DNA from: Thermoplasmatota archaeon
GTDB taxonomy: Archaea; Thermoplasmatota; JAKEGO01
Assembly: GCA_028279595.1 (NCBI GenBank)
Contig: JANQNK010000004.1
Span: forward strand, 174,993-238,992
Reading direction: 5' to 3'
DNA length: 64,000 bases
The notes below the pieces were generated by a model. That model did not search any database and had not been told where the DNA came from. It was given only the letters and a program-made list of their open reading frames with translations. The position numbers and the translations under genes were made by a program. How positions within the stretch are numbered: position 1 is the first letter of the stretch; each line of letters begins with the position of its first letter. Positions 19,509-29,491 of this stretch are shown piece after piece.

Positions 19509-22500
19509 TCAATACACCTCGTGCATCGCGCCCTTGATCATCGACAGGATCTGCTCGTCCTTGAAGCCCTTCTGCTGGATCGCTCCCGCGCGGCAGGTCG
19601 CCGTGCAGACGCCGCATCCCTTGCACAGGGCGGTGTTCACGATCGCCTTTCCGCTCTCCAGATCGATGGCCGAGAACGGGCAGGCGGCCACGCAGAGGCC
19701 GCAGCCGCTGCATATCTCCTCCAGGACGTTGGCGGTGATCCCCTCGAGTACCAGGGTGCCCTTCATGATAGGTATCGCCGCCCTCGACGCAGCTCCCTCG
19801 GACTGCGCGATGGTATCGGCCAGGTTCTTCGGGAAGTGCGCTGAACCACAGAAGTAGACCCCGTCGGTGGCGAAGTCAAGCGGTCTGATCTTGGCGTGCG
19901 CCTCGATGAGGTAGCGTCCGGGTCCCGCGGGTATTTTGAACATCTCCATCAGGCCCTCGACGCTCTCGTTGCCCTCGGTCTGGGCCGTGAGCACAACGAG
20001 GTCAGCGGGAAGTTCGAGCGTGTCGCCGTAGATGGAGTCGTGGACGGTCACCATGACGTTCCCGTCATCGTCGACCGCCACCTCTGGCTGTTCCTCGTAG
20101 GTGTAGCGGACGATCTTCACCCTCTTGCCCTCGATGACATCGGTGAAGTACTCCTCCTCGTCCTTTCCGAAGACGCGGATGTCGCGGTAGAGGATGTATA
20201 CGTCGCTGTCCGGGTACATCTCCTTGATCATCTTGGCGTTCTTGATGGACACGCCGCAACCCACGCGACAGCAGTATGGCCGCTCCGGCTCCATGGCGCC
20301 GGCGCAGTTCACCATGACCACGGTCTTGGGCTTCTCCAGGGTTCCGGCCTCGATCCTCTCCTCGAGCTCGGTCTGGGTCATGATCTTCTCGCTGTCGCCG
20401 TAGCCGTACCGGCCGGTGAGGTCGATCTCGCCGAACCCGGAGGCGATTATCGCAGTCCCGAACTCGAGCTTCTCCTCTCCGCCGGGAGTGTTGATGGTGG
20501 CCTCGAAGTTTCCGATGAATCCCTCGATGTCCTCGAGGGTGGACCCGGTCATTACCGTGATGAACTCCGACTCGCTGACCCTCTTGATGAGCGGATCGAT
20601 GATGTCGCTCGCCTTCACGTCGGACGGGAAGAGCGTGTGCAGTCTGCGCAGCATGCCGCCCAGTTCGGGGTCCTTCTCGAGAAGATATGTCTTTATCTTC
20701 ATGTCCGAGAGAGCGAGCGCCGCCCTCATCCCGGATAGGCCGCCTCCGACTATCAGGACGGACGGAATGACCGAGACCTCCTCCTGCTCCAGGGGTTCAA
20801 GGAGCGCGGACTTGTTCGCAGACATCCGTACCAGGTCCTTCGCCTTCTGGGTGGCCTCCTCCCTGTCGTGGGAGTGGACCCATGAACAGTGCTGTCTGAT
20901 GTTGGCGAACTCGAAGAGGTACTTGTTCAGGCCGGCCTCGACCATTGTGTCCTGGAACAGACCGCCGTGCGTGATCGGCGAACATGCCGCGACGATCACA
21001 CGGTTCAGACCCTCCTCCTCGATCTTCTCCCTGATGTCCTTCTGGGTGTCCTCGGAGCAGGCGAACATTATGTCAGTGGCGTACTCGACGTAGGGCTGTT
21101 CGCCAATGTAATCGGCGACCTCCTTGCAGTCGAGGTAGCCGTTGATGTTCTTGCCGCAGTGACAGACGAACACTCCGATGCGGGGCTTCTCGCCGGTGAC
21201 GTCCTTCTGCTCCGGCGGCTCGACGGCCTCCGCCTGGTCCCTGTCTACGATGTCGCTGATGGCCTTGGCGGCCGCACCGCTGGCCATCGCCACGGAGTCC
21301 GGGATGTCCTTGGGGCCCTGGTCGCAGCCCGCGAGGTATACGCCGTCGCGGGTGGACTCGATCGGGTCCGTCATTATGGACTTGACCTGGAAGAAACCGC
21401 TCTCGTCCACGTCGATACCGAGCACCTCGGCGAGGCGCTGGTTCTCCTGGGACGGGATTATCGCGGTGGAAAGGACGAGCATCTCGACCGTCTTCTCCTT
21501 CACCTCCCGGGTGTGTGTGTCCATGTATCTTATCGTGATGCTCTTGTCCTCGTTCTCGTAGACGCTGGACGGCCGGGCGCGGATGTACTCCACACCCATG
21601 TCCTTGGCCTTGTCGTAGTACTGCTGGAAGTCCTTTCCGTAGGCGCGGAGGTCCATGTAGAAGATGGAGACGTCTGTCTCGGGATCGGTCTCCTTCTGTA
21701 TCGAGGCCTCCTTGGTTGCGTACATGCAGCACACGCGGGAGCAGTAGGGCCACCCGAGCTGCTTGCTCCGGGAGCCGACGCACTGGATCCACGCGATCGA
21801 TTCCGGCTTCTCGCCGTCGGACGGCCTCCTAGCCTTGCCTTCGGTCGGACCGAAGGAGGAAAGCAGGCGTTCGAACTGCATCGCCGTGATGACGTTAGGG
21901 TACTTGCCGTAGCCGTACTCGCGCCTCATCTCCACGGGCTCGAAGAGCTCGTATCCCGTTGCGACGATGACGCTGCCCACCTTGACCTCGATGTCCTCGG
22001 ACTTCTCGAGGAAGGAGATGGCCCCCGGCTCGCAGACCCTCTCGCAGGAGCCGCAGCCGACGCAGGCCTCGTAATCTATCGTGTAGACGATCGGCACGGC
22101 CTGGGGGAACTCGATGTAGATCGCCTTCCTCTTGGCCAGCTTCTCGTCGAAGACGCTGATGACGTCGACGGGGCACACGGGTGTGCAATCGTCGCAGCCG
22201 GTGCACTTGTCGGGGTCGACGTACTTGCTCTTCCTGTACACGCGGGCGGTGAAGTTGCCCGCCTCGCCCTTCAGATCAGCGATCTCGGCGTAGGTAAGTA
22301 AGGTAATGTTCGGATGTCTGGAGACCTCCACCATCTTCGGGGCGGAGGTGCAGATCGAGCAGTCGTTCGTCGGGAAGGTCTTGTCCAGCTTCACCATGTT
22401 CCCGCCGATCGTGGACGACTTGTCGATGAGGATCACACGGTATCCCTTGTCGGCGATGTCCAGCGCCGCCTGCATCCCGGATATCCCGGCGCCGACGATG

Positions 22501-22688
22501 AGCACATCGCCCTCCATCTTGCGCTTGCGGGAATGGATCGCTGTCTCTGCGACGATGGCCGCATCGCTCTCAGCCTGGGGCCACTCGTCGTCGAGCTTCG
22601 CTATCTCCGGCACCTGGATCAGGTAGTCGTCCTCAAGGGGGACGTCCTCGTAGTACTGCGGAATTATTCCATCACTCTGGTCGGGCAT
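19509..22688 (-). CDS. hdrA: Double-length heterodisulfide reductase subunit A (paralog 3) with acidic N-terminal extension
   Basis: GAGISG, KLDKTFPTNDCSIC, QCVGSR..CSRVCCMYATK, PRIGVFVCHCG, second GGGLSG, EAHAKIRP, C-terminal 2x[4Fe-4S]. Confidence 0.92.
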   Translation of the reverse strand: MPDQSDGIIPQYYEDVPLEDDYLIQVPEIAKLDDEWPQAESDAAIVAETAIHSRKRKMEGDVLIVGAGISGMQAALDIADKGYRVILIDKSSTIGGNMVKLDKTFPTNDCSICTSAPKMVEVSRHPNITLLTYAEIADLKGEAGNFTARVYRKSKYVDPDKCTGCDDCTPVCPVDVISVFDEKLAKRKAIYIEFPQAVPIVYTIDYEACVGCGSCERVCEPGAISFLEKSEDIEVKVGSVIVATGYELFEPVEMRREYGYGKYPNVITAMQFERLLSSFGPTEGKARRPSDGEKPESIAWIQCVGSRSKQLGWPYCSRVCCMYATKEASIQKETDPETDVSIFYMDLRAYGKDFQQYYDKAKDMGVEYIRARPSSVYENEDKSITIRYMDTHTREVKEKTVEMLVLSTAIIPSQENQRLAEVLGIDVDESGFFQVKSIMTDPIESTRDGVYLAGCDQGPKDIPDSVAMASGAAAKAISDIVDRDQAEAVEPPEQKDVTGEKPRIGVFVCHCGKNINGYLDCKEVADYIGEQPYVEYATDIMFACSEDTQKDIREKIEEEGLNRVIVAACSPITHGGLFQDTMVEAGLNKYLFEFANIRQHCSWVHSHDREEATQKAKDLVRMSANKSALLEPLEQEEVSVIPSVLIVGGGLSGMRAALALSDMKIKTYLLEKDPELGGMLRRLHTLFPSDVKASDIIDPLIKRVSESEFITVMTGSTLEDIEGFIGNFEATINTPGGEEKLEFGTAIIASGFGEIDLTGRYGYGDSEKIMTQTELEERIEAGTLEKPKTVVMVNCAGAMEPERPYCCRVGCGVSIKNAKMIKEMYPDSDVYILYRDIRVFGKDEEEYFTDVIEGKRVKIVRYTYEEQPEVAVDDDGNVMVTVHDSIYGDTLELPADLVVLTAQTEGNESVEGLMEMFKIPAGPGRYLIEAHAKIRPLDFATDGVYFCGSAHFPKNLADTIAQSEGAASRAAIPIMKGTLVLEGITANVLEEICSGCGLCVAACPFSAIDLESGKAIVNTALCKGCGVCTATCRAGAIQQKGFKDEQILSMIKGAMHEVY

Positions 22689-23211
22689 TCTTACCAGCCT
22701 CTAATCCTCTCTCGAATGCGTTCACGTTGAGGTCTATGAACCGCTTCGGCACGCTGTCTACTACGGCCTTCTTGACGGACTCCGGGTCGAGGAGGTCGTC
22801 GATCCCGGCCATGGCACCCACCATCGCGATGTTGGTAACGATCTTGTTACCCAGGTCCTCTGCGATCTTCTGGACCCTGACCTTGTAGATCGGCCGACCT
22901 ATGTCGTGGTTCGGCACGAGGTCTGGATCGATGATAATGACTGTGTTCTCATGCAGATCGTCGCGATACGTGTTGAAGGCCTCCTGGGCCATCGCCACGT
23001 ACAGGTCCACGCCGGTCGGGCGCGGGTATCCGATCTTCTCGTCCGAGATCAGGACCTCGGAGCGGGCGGCGCCTCCGCGGGCCTCGGGTCCGTATGACTG
23101 GCTCTGGACAGCATTGAGGTCTCCGAACACGCAGGCTGCCTTTCCCCAGATGAATCCGGCCAGGATCACTCCCTGACCGCCGAAACCGCAGATCCTCACT
23201 TCACGTTTCAT
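22672..23211 (-). CDS. korG: 2-oxoacid:ferredoxin oxidoreductase gamma subunit
   Basis: GFGGQGVILAG, QSYGPEARGG. Confidence 0.9.
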   Translation of the reverse strand: MKREVRICGFGGQGVILAGFIWGKAACVFGDLNAVQSQSYGPEARGGAARSEVLISDEKIGYPRPTGVDLYVAMAQEAFNTYRDDLHENTVIIIDPDLVPNHDIGRPIYKVRVQKIAEDLGNKIVTNIAMVGAMAGIDDLLDPESVKKAVVDSVPKRFIDLNVNAFERGLEAGKNARPE

Positions 23212-23213
23212 GT

Positions 23214-24092
23214 TCAGACCCCCCACTTCGCGTCGTCCTGCTCCATCAGTCTCGTGGTCATCTTGTCATACTCCCCGAAGAAGCCGGACCTCTCCTGATG
23301 CTGGAACACGCCGATCTTGATCTTGTTCTTGGCGGCCGCGATCTCCTCCTCGGTTCCGTAGTCCATGATCCGGTCGTAGTCCTCCATGAGCATGGTGTTA
23401 TCCTCGTACCACGTCCATAGCGCGTCGATCTTGCCCAGCTTGTTCCTCCGGCCGTAGGCCGTCGGACAGGGGGACATGAGCTCGACGAGTCCGAAACCCG
23501 GTGTCGAGAGGGCGTCCTTGATGGACTTGATCGGCTGGTACGGATAGAAGACGGGCCAACGAGCCACGTACGCTGCTCCGAGGGCCTGGGTCAGTTCGGA
23601 TATGTTGAACGCATGCTCGATGTTCCCGTAAGGTGCGGTTGTGGCGATACTGCCCTTCGGCGCCGTCGGGGCCAGCTGTCCGCCGGTCATCCCGTAGATG
23701 AAGTTGTTCAGCAGGATCACTGTCATGTCGATGTTCCTCCGGGCAGCGTGGATGAAATGGTTTCCGCCGATCCCGGTGGCGTCGCCGTCGCCGGTGAAGA
23801 CGATGACGTGCAGGTCGGGGTTCGCCGCCTTTATCCCGGTCGCGAACGCGATGGCGCGACCGTGCGTGGTGTGCAGGCCGTCCGCGCTGACGTACCCGGG
23901 TATCCTCGACGAGCAGCCGATACCGGATGCAAGAGCAACGTCGTCCATGTCGATCCCGAGCTCCTCTATGGCCCAGAACACGTAGTCCAGCGAGTTGCCG
24001 TGGCCGCATCCGTTGCAGAAGATGGTCGGCAGCATTCCGTCCCTAAGGTACTTCTCCCTCAGCTCGTTCGCGTTGATCATGTCCTCGACCAT
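23214..24092 (-). CDS. korB: 2-oxoacid:ferredoxin oxidoreductase beta subunit
   Basis: FCNGCGHG, SGIGCSSR, HTTHGRA, TPP motif GDGD..IGGNH..NN..YGMTGGQ. Confidence 0.93.
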   Translation of the reverse strand: MVEDMINANELREKYLRDGMLPTIFCNGCGHGNSLDYVFWAIEELGIDMDDVALASGIGCSSRIPGYVSADGLHTTHGRAIAFATGIKAANPDLHVIVFTGDGDATGIGGNHFIHAARRNIDMTVILLNNFIYGMTGGQLAPTAPKGSIATTAPYGNIEHAFNISELTQALGAAYVARWPVFYPYQPIKSIKDALSTPGFGLVELMSPCPTAYGRRNKLGKIDALWTWYEDNTMLMEDYDRIMDYGTEEEIAAAKNKIKIGVFQHQERSGFFGEYDKMTTRLMEQDDAKWGV

Positions 24093-25273
24093 CAGCTCAC
24101 CTCCAGCATCTCTAACAGTTCCTGTGGCAGGTGCATCTCACCGCCTATCTTCGGGGCCAGAACGATCTCACAGCCGGGATCGGAGTACTCGACTATCGGG
24201 TGGTACATCTGGCCTAGGTTCATCTCCGGGACGATTATCTTGTCGACCTGCTTGGAGACCTTGTTGACGATGTGCCTCGGGAACGGCCAGCAGAGCTTCA
24301 TCCGGAGCATTCCCGCCTTGATCCCCTTCGCTCGGGCCATGGCGACGGCGCTCTCAGCGGGTCTGGCGGACGCACCGTATGTGACGAACGCCACCTCTGC
24401 GTCCTCGAGTTCGATCTCCTCGACGTCGGTCATCTCCTCCCGGTCGTCGGTTATCTTCGTGATTATCCTCATCACCAACCGCTCGTGGTCCGGCTGCTTG
24501 TCGGTCTTCGGGAATCCCTTGTCATTGTGTGTCAGTCCAGTGACGTATGTGCGGTATCCCGATCCGAACGTCGGGAAGTCGGGCACCTTGCTTCCGGTGG
24601 TCGGCGATTCCGCGAACGGAAGGAAGGTCTCCTTGTCCGTGGTCGCCTCGACCCTCTCGATAAGGGGCATCTCCTCCTCCTCCGGGATGACGACCTTCTC
24701 CCTCAGATGTCCGACCTCCCCGTCGGTCATCAGGCACACCGGGTGCCTGTACTTCTCCGACAGGTTGAACGAGTCGATGGTCATGTCCAGGCACTCCTGC
24801 ACGGTACTGGGGGCGTAGGCTATCGCCTCCATGTCGCCGTGGGTGCCCCATCGCACCTGCATCATATCGCCCTGGGCGCCGAGGGTCGGCTGACCCGTGG
24901 ACGGCCCCGTCCTCTGGACGTTGGCGATGACGCAAGGCGTCTCGGTCATGATCGCGTAACCGTAGTTCTCCATCATCAGCGAGAATCCGGGTCCAGACGT
25001 CGCTGTCATCGCCTTCGCACCGCCCCATGCGGCGCCGATGACTGCGGCTATGCTTGCGATCTCGTCCTCCATCTGGATGAAGCATCCGCCAACCCGCGGG
25101 AGCAGCCGGGCCATGCCCTCAGCCACCTCTGACGCAGGTGTGATCGGATATCCCCCGAAGAACGACACCCCAGACAGAAGCCCGCCGTATGCGACGGCCA
25201 TGTCTCCCTGGATGAACTGTACCTTCTCGCCGAGGACCTTCCTGATGCGTACTGGGTCCCTCTCATACTTCAT
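24092..25273 (-). CDS. korA: 2-oxoacid (probably 2-oxoglutarate):ferredoxin oxidoreductase alpha subunit
   Basis: GYPITPASE, QMEDEIAS, TATSGPGFSLM, QRTGPSTGQPT, EMNLGQ. Confidence 0.93.
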   Translation of the reverse strand: MKYERDPVRIRKVLGEKVQFIQGDMAVAYGGLLSGVSFFGGYPITPASEVAEGMARLLPRVGGCFIQMEDEIASIAAVIGAAWGGAKAMTATSGPGFSLMMENYGYAIMTETPCVIANVQRTGPSTGQPTLGAQGDMMQVRWGTHGDMEAIAYAPSTVQECLDMTIDSFNLSEKYRHPVCLMTDGEVGHLREKVVIPEEEEMPLIERVEATTDKETFLPFAESPTTGSKVPDFPTFGSGYRTYVTGLTHNDKGFPKTDKQPDHERLVMRIITKITDDREEMTDVEEIELEDAEVAFVTYGASARPAESAVAMARAKGIKAGMLRMKLCWPFPRHIVNKVSKQVDKIIVPEMNLGQMYHPIVEYSDPGCEIVLAPKIGGEMHLPQELLEMLEVS

Positions 25274-25520
25274 TAGCTACACCTCCGATGATGAGCCCGC
25301 TCTTCGACTCCTCCTTCCTCTCCTCCGCGACCACGGTGATCGCGAAGTCCGGACAGAGCAACTCGCAGAGCCGGCAGTAATTGCATTCGTTCTCCTCCTT
25401 CAATTTGGGTGGATAGACGCCTCGCTTGTTCAGCTCGTCGGATGTCTCGAGAGCATGGACCGGGCACCTCCTGACGCATATATCGCAGCCCTTGCACCAG
25501 TCCTTGATCACCTCGATCAT
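25263..25520 (-). CDS. korD: 2x[4Fe-4S] ferredoxin, oxidoreductase delta subunit
   Basis: CKGCDICVRRCP and CNYCRLCELLCPDFAI, directly upstream of korA. Confidence 0.88.
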   Translation of the reverse strand: MIEVIKDWCKGCDICVRRCPVHALETSDELNKRGVYPPKLKEENECNYCRLCELLCPDFAITVVAEERKEESKSGLIIGGVANEV

Positions 25521-25534
25521 GTCCCTTCACCACC

Positions 25535-27184
25535 TCATAGGATGTCCAGAGCCCTGGCCAGAGTATCCTGGCCCCTGTATTCCGGCAGGATCGCCGGGGC
25601 GGTCATATCGCTGACTATGCTTGCGTCCTCGAGGGCCTTGTTGTACTTGTCGATGTGGGCCATCGAGAGCTTTCCGATCGAACTGCGCTTCTTGACCAGT
25701 TCGGCGACCTTGATGCCGGCGCGCCTTCCGAAGACGTTGAAGTCGAGGAGGGAGTTGCCCATCAGCCTGTTCTTTCCGTGTACGCCGCCGGTGACCTCGC
25801 CTGCCGCAAGCAGGCCGGGCACCCCGGTCTCGCACCACTCGTTGATCTCGACGCCGCCGTTCTGATAGTGCAGTGTCGGGTAGACGAGGATCGGGTGCTT
25901 GGTCATGTCGATGCCGAAGCGCTTGAACTTGCGGACCTCTCCCGCAAGCTTCTCCTCGATCGTTCCCTCTCCGTGGATGATATCTATCATCGGTGCGTCG
26001 AGCCACACGCCCGGCATTCCCGTCGGTGTGGTTATCCCGCGGCACTCGTCGCACTCCTTCAGGAACATAGCGGACTCGACATCCCTCGGTTCCAGCGGGA
26101 ACACGAACGGGTCGCCGTCCTTGTTGAGCGGCTTGCCGCCCAGGCCCCGGACCTTCTCCGTGGTCAGGATGCCGACGACCGCTTCGGGATAGGCGTCGCC
26201 GGTCGGATGGATCTGTATGGTGTCGAGGTCGAGCAGGTTCGCACCTGCATGATAGGCCATAATCAGGCCGTCCCCGGTCGCTCCGTAGTGGTTCGTGGTC
26301 GGATAACCGGAAAGATGAAGTCGCCCAGAGCCTCCCGTGGCCATCACGACGGCCTTCGCCCTGATGACCTGGTACTCGTTGGTCTCGATGTTGAACGCTA
26401 CTCCGCCGGAGACAGTTCCTGTATCGTCCAGCAGCAGCTCGACGACCGGGCAGAACTCGAGCGTCGGTATGCTCAGGTTCCGCGAGCGGTCGCGGATGTT
26501 GCGCATGATCTCCATGCCGCTGTAGTCCTTGGCGCTGTGCATGCGGTTCCTGCTGGTCCCGCCGCCCGACAGCTCCTGGAACTCGCCGTCGTCGTGCCTG
26601 TCGTACATGACGCCGAGGTCGACGTGCCACCTGATGATCTCGGGCGCGTCCATTGCAAGTGCACGGGCGAGCTCCGGCTTGTTCGTGAAGTGGCCTCCGC
26701 CGTAGATGTCCAGGTAGTGGATGGACGGACTGTCGATAGCCCTGTCCGCAGCCTGGATGCCGCCTTGGGCCATCATGGAGTTGGCGTCGCCGTGCCTCAG
26801 CTTCGTTGTGATGAGTATCCTGTCCGTCGGGACGCCGTGATCGTGTGCGAATATCGATGCTACGGTTCCTGCGCCCCCGCCTCCGATGATCAATACGTCG
26901 ACGTCGTAGTCGACCTTCGATAGGTCGACCGCCGACGTGTCGAGCGCCGACCTGGCCTCGAGGAGGTCGACGATGCCGTTGTATATCAGGTCGCCCTTGT
27001 TGGGGCCGATCCCGACCTCGCGGCGCGTGCCCTCCATGAAATCGGGGTGGTAGTTCTTCAGCACCTCCTCCCTCTCCTCCATGGTGAGCGGCGTCACGGC
27101 CGTCTCGATGTTCTTCTCCCTCTTCTCCTCGATGAGCTTGATGGATTCCATCATGTAGTCGGGGTAGCCGTCTATGATCTCCAT
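25535..27184 (-). CDS. tfrA: Soluble fumarate reductase-type flavoprotein (TfrA-like)
   Basis: GGGGAG, AQGG, QIHPT, LTTE, PRD, PTLHYQNGG, HGKNRLMGNSL; covalent-FAD His absent (ANSMMAQGG). Confidence 0.75.
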   Translation of the reverse strand: MEIIDGYPDYMMESIKLIEEKREKNIETAVTPLTMEEREEVLKNYHPDFMEGTRREVGIGPNKGDLIYNGIVDLLEARSALDTSAVDLSKVDYDVDVLIIGGGGAGTVASIFAHDHGVPTDRILITTKLRHGDANSMMAQGGIQAADRAIDSPSIHYLDIYGGGHFTNKPELARALAMDAPEIIRWHVDLGVMYDRHDDGEFQELSGGGTSRNRMHSAKDYSGMEIMRNIRDRSRNLSIPTLEFCPVVELLLDDTGTVSGGVAFNIETNEYQVIRAKAVVMATGGSGRLHLSGYPTTNHYGATGDGLIMAYHAGANLLDLDTIQIHPTGDAYPEAVVGILTTEKVRGLGGKPLNKDGDPFVFPLEPRDVESAMFLKECDECRGITTPTGMPGVWLDAPMIDIIHGEGTIEEKLAGEVRKFKRFGIDMTKHPILVYPTLHYQNGGVEINEWCETGVPGLLAAGEVTGGVHGKNRLMGNSLLDFNVFGRRAGIKVAELVKKRSSIGKLSMAHIDKYNKALEDASIVSDMTAPAILPEYRGQDTLARALDIL

Positions 27185-27949
27185 TCAGTCACCCCCCCCC
27201 TCGTCGAGGTCTCCGCTGGCCTCGATCTTGCGCTCGCTGTAGAGCTTCTCCATCTTGCCCCGCTCCATGGTCATGAGGTCCTCGATCTCAGCGTCGTACT
27301 TGCCGTCCTCGATCTCCTTCAGCCGGACCACGAGGTCGCCGGACCGCTTGTCGAGGTACTTGCCGAACAGACGCCGGGCGAGCTGGGCCACGTGATAGTG
27401 CTTGATGTCGGCGGGACAGCGCATGGCGCACATCCCGCACTGGATGCAGTCGAACGAGAGCTCGGCCGCCTTGGCGATGTCGCCCCTCAGTGCGTTCTGG
27501 ATGTACATCATGACCTTGATGTCCTGCGGACAGGCCTTGGTGCACGTGTTGCACGAGACGCATCGGGCTATCTCCGGATAGATCGCCAGGATGGCGTTCT
27601 CGTCCGGGGTGAGCTCGTAGATATCGTACTGGGCCCGGTTCGCCGGCACGAAGGGTATCTGCACCAGGTACATCCCGTCCTCGACGAGCGTCTGGCACGC
27701 GAGGGCGAAGTGGAGCTTCTGCTCGTCCTCCTTCCTGTACACCGTCGAGCAGGCGCCGCAGAAACCTGCCCTGCAGCCGCAGCTCCTGATGTACTGGTAC
27801 CCCGCGTATTCGATGGCCTTCATTATGGTGAACCCGACGGGCACCCTGTACCTCTTGCCCATCACGAATATCTCGATGGTCCCCTCTTCATGGGTCTCGC
27901 ATTCCGTTGCCTCTCGGTCCTCTGTAATGGCGTCAGTTGCGCCGGTCAT
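27185..27949 (-). CDS. SdhB/TfrB-like Fe-S subunit ([2Fe-2S] plus 2x[4Fe-4S])
   Basis: CGCRAGFCGAC..LACQ, CVSCNTCTKACP, CIQCGMCAMRCP; abuts the flavoprotein gene. Confidence 0.8.
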   Translation of the reverse strand: MTGATDAITEDREATECETHEEGTIEIFVMGKRYRVPVGFTIMKAIEYAGYQYIRSCGCRAGFCGACSTVYRKEDEQKLHFALACQTLVEDGMYLVQIPFVPANRAQYDIYELTPDENAILAIYPEIARCVSCNTCTKACPQDIKVMMYIQNALRGDIAKAAELSFDCIQCGMCAMRCPADIKHYHVAQLARRLFGKYLDKRSGDLVVRLKEIEDGKYDAEIEDLMTMERGKMEKLYSERKIEASGDLDEGGGD

Positions 27950-28839
27950 GTGCTTCCCTCCGATATGGGTAGGACCCCCTTCTCCTCCAGAAGGGGGGTC
28001 GGGTCCACGGCGTGCGCGCCGAAGCCCCAGTCGCCCTCGAGCCCGAGGGCGATGGCTAACAGTTGAGTGTAATACATCACGGGGATCTGGGAGTATCCAT
28101 CGAACAGGAGCTCCGCCTCCTTACCCCTCTGGTCGATGTTGTACTTGCAGAGCGGGCAGGACAGCATGATGAGGTCCGCGTCACGCTCCACGGCGTACGT
28201 GGAGATGGTCTTCGCCCGCCTCGACGTCATCTCCTTCTCCTCGATGGTCTTGTACGACCCGCAGCACTCGATCTTGTACGGGTTGTCCACGACCTCTGCG
28301 CCGAGGGCCTTTATCAGGTCGGCCATTATGCGCGGTTCCTCCGCGTCGTCGATGGCCACCTCCCTCGGGCGGAGGAGCATACAGCCGTAGTACGGCATTA
28401 TCCTGACGCCTTTCAGAGGGTTCACGACCTTCTTTTTGAGCGTCTTCCACCCGACATCGTCTCGGAGGAACTCGAGGAAGTGCTGGACGGAGACCGTCAT
28501 CCTGTAGTCGTTCTCCTGGTCCATGAAGTCGTTAAGCGTCTTCAGGTCGTCCTCCCTCTCGCGGACGCGGTAATCGGTCTGCTTCAGCGTGTTCGAGCAC
28601 ATGTCGCAGAGGGTGACGATCCTGTCCATGCCCTGGTCCTCGGCATGGACAAGGTTCCTCAGGGGAGCGAGATGATGCATGAGGTCGTCCTCGGTGAGGG
28701 ATGCGGAAACGCCGCAGCAGTTCCACTCCTCCATCTCGATCATACTGTGCCCGAGGGCCTCTGCCACAGCGAACGCTGATTCCTCTAGGTTCACCGCCGA
28801 CGTCTTCAGCGTGCATCCTGGATAGTAGAGCAGTTCCAT
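27946..28839 (-). CDS. hdrB: Heterodisulfide reductase subunit B (CCG domains), copy 2
   Basis: YYPGC, WNCCG, LCDMC, YYGC.LLRP, ECCG, CPLC. Confidence 0.9.
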   Translation of the reverse strand: MELLYYPGCTLKTSAVNLEESAFAVAEALGHSMIEMEEWNCCGVSASLTEDDLMHHLAPLRNLVHAEDQGMDRIVTLCDMCSNTLKQTDYRVREREDDLKTLNDFMDQENDYRMTVSVQHFLEFLRDDVGWKTLKKKVVNPLKGVRIMPYYGCMLLRPREVAIDDAEEPRIMADLIKALGAEVVDNPYKIECCGSYKTIEEKEMTSRRAKTISTYAVERDADLIMLSCPLCKYNIDQRGKEAELLFDGYSQIPVMYYTQLLAIALGLEGDWGFGAHAVDPTPLLEEKGVLPISEGST

Positions 28840-28845
28840 GTTAGC

Positions 28846-29277
28846 TCAACCTATGTTCTTCCTGAAGAGACTGACGAAGGCCATCTGCGGGATCGACCTC
28901 TTCTCCTCGTCGGTGAGGCATTCGAGGTCGGTCTCGTCGATGTTCTGGCGAAGGACTATCTGCCTGAGGGCCTCCATTATCTTGGTAATGTTGATATCCC
29001 TCGGGCACCGCTCGGCGCAGGCGAAACACGATGCGCAGAGCCAGATAGTCTTGGATTCGAGGACCTCCTTCTTGTCGAGAATGACATATCTCAGTACCTC
29101 ATCCACAGTGAGGTCCATCTCGTCCATGAACGGGCATCCTGCGGCACATGTGCCGCATTGATAGCAACCGAACACGTCCTCCTCGCAAAGGCCCTCCAGC
29201 TCATCGATCAACTTCCCGCTGACAACTATATGCTTATCAGCGGAGTCCTGGCAGCCCCCTTCGGTTTCTGTTGCCAT
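28846..29277 (-). CDS. hdrC: Heterodisulfide reductase subunit C, copy 2
   Basis: CYQCGTCAAGCP, IWLCASCFACAERCPR; ATG 29277 with GGAGG RBS. Confidence 0.9.
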   Translation of the reverse strand: MATETEGGCQDSADKHIVVSGKLIDELEGLCEEDVFGCYQCGTCAAGCPFMDEMDLTVDEVLRYVILDKKEVLESKTIWLCASCFACAERCPRDINITKIMEALRQIVLRQNIDETDLECLTDEEKRSIPQMAFVSLFRKNIG

Positions 29278-29339
29278 TGATCGTCCTCCGTCGCCATTCA
29301 GGCTCGTTAACGCGGGCTGGCGCTGGTGCTTTCGGTAAG

Positions 29340-29400
29340 GTTTCCGAATATATATTCTTTCTGGCATTTCGAAGGCCAGGAAACGATGAATTTTCATAAA
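29340..29400 (-). promoter_or_regulatory. Internal BRE/TATA promoter with palindromes for the hdrC2B2-tfr-kor-hdrA3-flx sub-operon
   Basis: AT-rich 214-bp gap; minus strand AGAAAG-AATATATA; palindromes GAATATATATTC (29346-29357) and ATGAA-TT-TTCAT (29386-29397). Confidence 0.55.
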
Positions 29401-29491
29401 AAAGCGTTATACGTTACGAATATGTTATGGCTGGTCCTTCGGGGTTTCCGTTTTCGTAATAATTGGGTGATTCGCTCAACCGCGGCTTCCA

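Noticed and set aside
25535-27184. L-aspartate oxidase (NadB) call
   Set aside because: Coupled to an SdhB-like Fe-S gene and HdrBC with no nadA/nadC nearby; Tfr-like is preferred, though not proven.
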